The notes beneath the pieces were generated by a model. That model saw only the letters and a program-made list of their open reading frames with translations, was not told where the DNA came from and did no database searches. Below are positions 59,209 through 64,000 of a DNA stretch of 64,000 nucleotides, piece by piece. This DNA comes from Klebsormidium nitens (Eukaryota; Plantae; Klebsormidiophyceae). The position numbers and the translations under genes are program-made. The number at the start of each line of letters is the position of its first letter. Positions within the stretch are counted from its first letter, which is position 1. Location of the stretch: the NCBI GenBank assembly GCA_000708835.1, contig DF237358.1, forward strand, positions 19,772 to 83,771, in the 5' to 3' direction.

Positions 59209-61469
59209 TCATGTCGGGCGCGGGACGCGTTTGGGCCCCGCCGGGTGGTAGCCAGTCAGCCGAAGTTCGCGCAGCCTGAGTGCTTCGAAACTGAATCGAA
59301 CGCGGACACATACTACGTCTTATGGTGTTTGAGGTCCTAGACGAGTGTTCTTAACGGGCTTTGTTTCAGGTTGAAGACGTGCCCAACTTGTCTGGCGGAA
59401 CATTTGTGGTCAGAAAGTGATCGAGTAAAGCCAGCTTGAAAGCCGTAGTTGTGAGCTATGTTCACGTTGATCAGAAAATGCAAGTGGTAAAGATCTGACG
59501 GTTGAAACGACAAGACGGGATTGGATAGGATTGGTAGAATATGCTTCCAAGAAAAGTTGGTGTCTGTACAGCTAGTTGTCGTTTAAGAGTAGGAGTTGCT
59601 GGTGTCTGCAAGCCGACTTTGCTTTCCACGAAGACCCGAATACCCGGCCTGGAACCATGTAGAATCTTCTTTTGGCAGCCATCAAATTGCCGATGTGGCA
59701 TCCGCACTTATATTCATACTAAATTACCTTGGACACATGCAGTGCAGACACATCCATGCTGGCCACGAGTAGGTTTGCGGTTGCGTTGCTCTTGAAGCAA
59801 CTTGACTGGCTGTAATTCAGGCGTCCCTGGCTGTAGTACCGTCCCAGCGCAGACACAGTTGGCCTCAGGCGCAAACACCAGAACAAGTTGGGGTTCGGCC
59901 CGCGGTCGAGTGGGACTAGCGTCAGATCGATCAAGCGGAGATGCTTATGGGTGACGCAGCGCGCCACCCGGCCGGATGAGATTCCCCGGCCTTCGCAGTG
60001 AAAGCTGCCAGAGTGGCGGCCGGCAGCCGTTTTGACGCGGCCGCAGAGTTTGAAATTCTTGTAGATATTCGAGCTGACACAACGATTGCTGACCGTCGTG
60101 AAAAGGACTTGCTGATTTTATGATTTCTTGGCGATTCGCATCCGGGAGGATTTGGGAGTGCTGCATTTGGTGGCGGGCCCCGTCAAAAGCTTAAGCCCTG
60201 CGCCCGAGTCTGGATTCCCGGCTCAACCAAACAGCAGCCCGGCCCTAGATGCCACATAGAAATAGTTGGAGGTCTCGGCTCAGTGATGCGAGGGCAATCC
60301 GGGGCTCTTCAGACGGAGCGCCGGCTGGTCTCATAGTAAGCAAGAAAGAAGCTGACACAGAAGAACCATTCCAAATAGTCCTTCGCTCCGCACACGTACC
60401 CACCCTGACCCCCAGACTAACCCTACCCGTCCCAGTACTTAGTATAAGCTGACTCAGCTTACTAAATACCTATTCTAGAGAATGATCCGCTGTTCGATGC
60501 ATGTACGTCCGTGACGATTTGCGGGTCGATCGAAGAGTAGCCATGATCATTCTTTAGATGTACTCGGTAGACAATGACAACATCGAATTGAAGGATCGTG
60601 ATAGCGCTGAGTTGGAGCTCGTGAAGCTCCGCCAGGGTACTATGGGACCCACATGCATGCCACGAAGCTGCCTATGCCTTATAAAACCATCTGAACGATG
60701 GCCGCCCCGGCCCCTGTGGCTTGATGTAGTAAAAATAACCACCAGGCGTGTCACTAGTCACGACAAAGTGGCGAAAGTCGGGCCAAGACTCGACCGCGTC
60801 CCAAGTTTTGAGTCTTGACGCCTCTTCAAGCTTGGCTAGGAAGGCCCTAGAGGGCTTCTTCAACAACTTTGACAAAAATTTTGTTTGCTCTTGAGAAGCT
60901 CGTCTAGCCTACAGACTCCATCTTTTAAGGCCCTTTTGCCATCGACCACGTCGAGTCGGTCGCCGTTCCGTTGACGGAAACGACCATGGATCATATCAAC
61001 TTTGCTTGTTGTTTGACGCGCCACCGACTTGCAGCTTTCTTCGACTTTGACTTCTTTCAGCAACCCTTGATCTAAGACCTGCTTCTACTATCGTGTCCAC
61101 AGGACTTTGAGTACGGCAACCTCAACCAGGGAATCGGACAGACAACTCATCCATCGATACCGGTGTTGACTTTTCCGCTTCCTTACACTGCAGTGATCGA
61201 GTCAGAACACTCGTACACATCAGTCTGATCTGGCAACCAGTAGCTTGACTGTCTATTCCCCAGCTCGAGTCCATACCGGGCCTGAGTGTCTCGATAAACG
61301 AGGTAAATTACAAACGCTCTTGGCTCAGTCACGCATCCATTATCAATACACATCCGTTCAACTTCTTCCAAGGACTCAGCCCATCCAACGAGTGTCAAGA
61401 GAGATACTACCATGCCTTCCTCGCTGGCGCTTGACACCAATTAACACCGGCAGTAAGCGCCTCAAACAG

Positions 61470-63470
61470 TTACTGACTACCGCTACCGCACGGACCTATG
61501 TTGGGGCAGCACCCCGTCGAGTTCGAATCCCCTCTCAGTTGCCCGTTGCGCTTGTCATAGTTGCAGGCATCCGCCGGCGGCCCTCCGTTAGGGTTGCACC
61601 TCAGGTTCGACCCGGGGTTACTCTGAACCAAGGGGTTTCCGCACAGGTCTTCTTGTGGGCATTGGCAAGCTGCTAGGAAACGGCGCACGGAGGTCGGAGG
61701 CGCCTCGTTTGGGAGGAAGTAGCCGCACTCTTCGCCGGTGTTGGCGTTGAGGCTGTGGCCGTCCTCCTGTGAGCGGAGGAGCGCTTAAGTCAGATGGCTT
61801 TCGAACAGGATTAGTAGACGTTGGGAACGGAAAGCTCGCCAGCCTGGGATGGGTGGGTGAGTATAAGGGGCGCGGGTTTAGCGTGGGTTCAGCGTGGGTT
61901 TTGCGTAGGTTTTGCGCGGGTTTAGCGTGGGTCCGGATGCAGAACAGGTGATCTCGAGAGTATTAGAGTTGCGAAATTGGAAAACTTATCTCAGGCTGAA
62001 AACTTTTACTTCCAAAACTTACCACTCCGTCAGAGACTCGTAAGAGAAAGTGGGTTCGTAAATCAAACTTTACCACTGAAGCGACTCCCGAAACTTGCTC
62101 TTGCCGTTTGATTCAACGGAGCATCTTTCCGAGGACCATTGCGTTCTGCTGTTTGCTTCGAGCAAGTTCGCTGAGAGAAGGAGCGCACAGGAAAAGCTTC
62201 ATATTCTCCTTGACACAGCTGCCCACATGATCTGGTGTTCCAAGATTCAGGCACAGCAGATCGACGATCTTCGTGGGGCGCCTCTATTACTCTGTGGATA
62301 TTCATACATATCGCCTGCATTTTAGTTCTTAACAAGCTTCTAGAATGCGCTTTCTGTGACTCAGAGCCCTAGCAGCCCTTTCTAATACTTCAGATACCAT
62401 TCCGGCAGTGGCCCGTTTCCTGACAGGCCACTTTGGGGCGGGGGAACAAAGTTGGCGAGCCACGGAGAATTCATCTTGGGTTTGTTTGAACATGAAACCC
62501 ACAGCTTACGATCTCGCGTTTTTAGTTCAAGCTACTTCTTTTGCGCAATTGTTAGCTTACGTAGTTGAAGCATCCCATGGTATATCCAGCCGCAGCCGGG
62601 CAGGAGCACTTGGAGCTTCCAGAGAGGCTGCAGAGGAAGAGATGGAAACGTGTCACTTGGGTTTGCTTCTGTCAACCTCTCGGCTTACCATGGAAGGTAA
62701 ATCGGCTGGGATGCTGTAAAGCTGGGTAAACAATAAGGCTAAGAATGTGAACAAGTGTGAAGTCGCCTGAACAGAACGAACTGCAGGCTTGCCGGTCTGA
62801 AACCCTGGTCTAGAACCTAGCTTTGGGCAGGCGCACAACCGGAAGGTGCGGTTTCCCGGTCAGGTAATAACACGGGTCTGACGTGAAGATGTAGAAACCG
62901 GCCTCGAGTTTGAACAAAATATGAACCACAAAAGTGCTTCTGGTGGGAACGAGGTCGAAGCCTACTGCAACCAAGAAAAAGAAACTCAGATACTTTTGGA
63001 ACCTACTTAGCCGTATAGACATTTACCCTATGAACTCTAAACCTTTTTCTTCCAGAAAGCACCCGGGCCTAGCTCCAACTTTGCTTTGTCGGCATGGTTG
63101 GTCAATGGCATACTTCCATGTTCTAAACAGAATGGTGTGCCATATGTCGATGGTTTTGTTCAAGGTCTTTGTCTAAGTGCTGAGTTCATCAGCTTATCAG
63201 TACTCACCAGCAAAACTGGATGGCCCTGTCAGCTCCATAGCACGGCTGGTGCGCAAACCCGCCGTCCCTAGGGTCTGCGGTGTCGTAGAACCCGCACGCG
63301 TAATGGTTGACAATGTTTCCCAGCATGTCAGTACTTTGGTCGTCAAGCCCGGGCGAGGGCCTGAGCGTGCGGTACGCTAGCGCGGGCTGAGCGTTGAGCA
63401 CCCAGAATGACGCCACTACTGCTGCAGCCAGCACCACGAGCTGACGTTGCACGGGGGTGCCTGTAGCCAT
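61470..63470 (-). CDS. Putative secreted cysteine-rich protein of unknown family
   Basis: Exon 63470-63208 (MATGTPVQRQLVVLAAAVVASFWVLNAQPALA, signal-like; ends TG|gtgagt). A 25-nt exon 62713-62689 (tttacag|...|gtaagc) restores the frame. Exon 61766-61470 reads EDGHSLNANTGEECGYFLP...CQCPQEDLCGNP...RCNP...ACNY...GCCPNIGPCGSGSQ*. GC3-rich codons. The 3' end could extend further via a donor at 61481. Confidence 0.6.
61874..61928. repeat. 11-bp minisatellite (GGGTTTAGCGT-like) x5 in an intron
   Basis: gggtttagcgt gggttcagcgt gggttttgcgt aggttttgcgc gggtttagcgt. Confidence 0.8.
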
Positions 63471-64000
63471 CCTTGTCGCTTGGTGCTTTGCCGTACGAGG
63501 AGCTGGGAAAAGTGCCGTTGGAGATACCAGAGGCAGTGACCTGAGAGCGCTTTTGCGCGCCTCCTAAGTCGCCAGTGGCTCGCCAATGTTTGGAGACAGC
63601 TGCTTCTTTGAGTGTGCTAGTACTGACGACTCGGATTGCAATCCGCTGCAAGCCGGCAAAACAAAATCCTCTACTGCGATACCGATTGGAAGGGGGCTTT
63701 TGATAAAGGTTTACGCATCACAGTTACTCCGAATGCCGCAAATTGCAAAATGTTTGGCTTTGGTTGCCAATCACTGGCGCAGATCAGCCTCATGCCACAA
63801 GGCAGAAGGTTGTTTTAAAAAACGTTCGTAAGTTGACATTCAGTTCTAGACTGCTCTGGACTGACTTGCCCCATGCATGCCTTCTGTAAAACAGATTGGC
63901 GCTAGTCAGGATGAGACTCCCCGCTTTCGCATCATAAATGCTGCCGGAGTCGCGGCCGGCAAGCTAGAGCGCCGGTCGCGGTCATCAGCGTTTGTGCATA

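Noticed and set aside
59728-60111. 128-codon open minus-strand stretch ending at AAG|gtaatt
   Set aside because: The acceptor lacks a pyrimidine tract, I recognise no homology, and I could not link it in phase to the 63470 gene. RNA-seq could revive it.
61600-61660. Resemblance of EDLCGNPLV (last gene) to DDFCNANPLL (8-Cys domain)
   Set aside because: Too short, and the remaining Cys spacing does not match; likely chance.
61874-61928. Telomere-like GGGTTTA repeat as an interstitial telomere
   Set aside because: The unit is 11 bp with a GCGT spacer rather than tandem TTTAGGG; treated as an ordinary minisatellite.

Overview
Intron-rich eukaryotic DNA, most likely a streptophyte (charophyte, Klebsormidium-like) green alga. 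This is inferred from the RLK/Pelle kinase, trifunctional RHM, presequence-bearing HPPK-DHPS and Slo channel; I could not verify it. By walking splice sites by hand I reconstructed eight genes: (1) Slo/BK-family K+ channel (-, runs off the left edge); (2) HPPK-DHPS folate enzyme (+); (3) trifunctional UDP-rhamnose synthase RHM (+); (4) WDR76/CMR1 (-); (5) SIRT4-like sirtuin SRT2 (+); (6) a secreted protein with an unrecognised 8-Cys domain fused to a DUF3455-like domain (-); (7) a receptor-like kinase carrying a 91%-identical copy of that 8-Cys domain as its ectodomain (+), head-to-head with gene 6; (8) a further Cys-rich secreted protein (-). Two things stand out. First, the head-to-head receptor kinase / soluble same-domain pair, whose shared upstream region holds a dense GTAC (SBP/SPL-core-like) cluster. 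Second, seven tandem arrays (units of about 130-180 bp) in three genes, each duplicating an exon-intron junction into the neighbouring intron; some copies could be spliced in as new exons. No rRNA, tRNA, CRISPR array or intact transposon was seen. Exon coordinates are hand-derived and may be off by a few bases.
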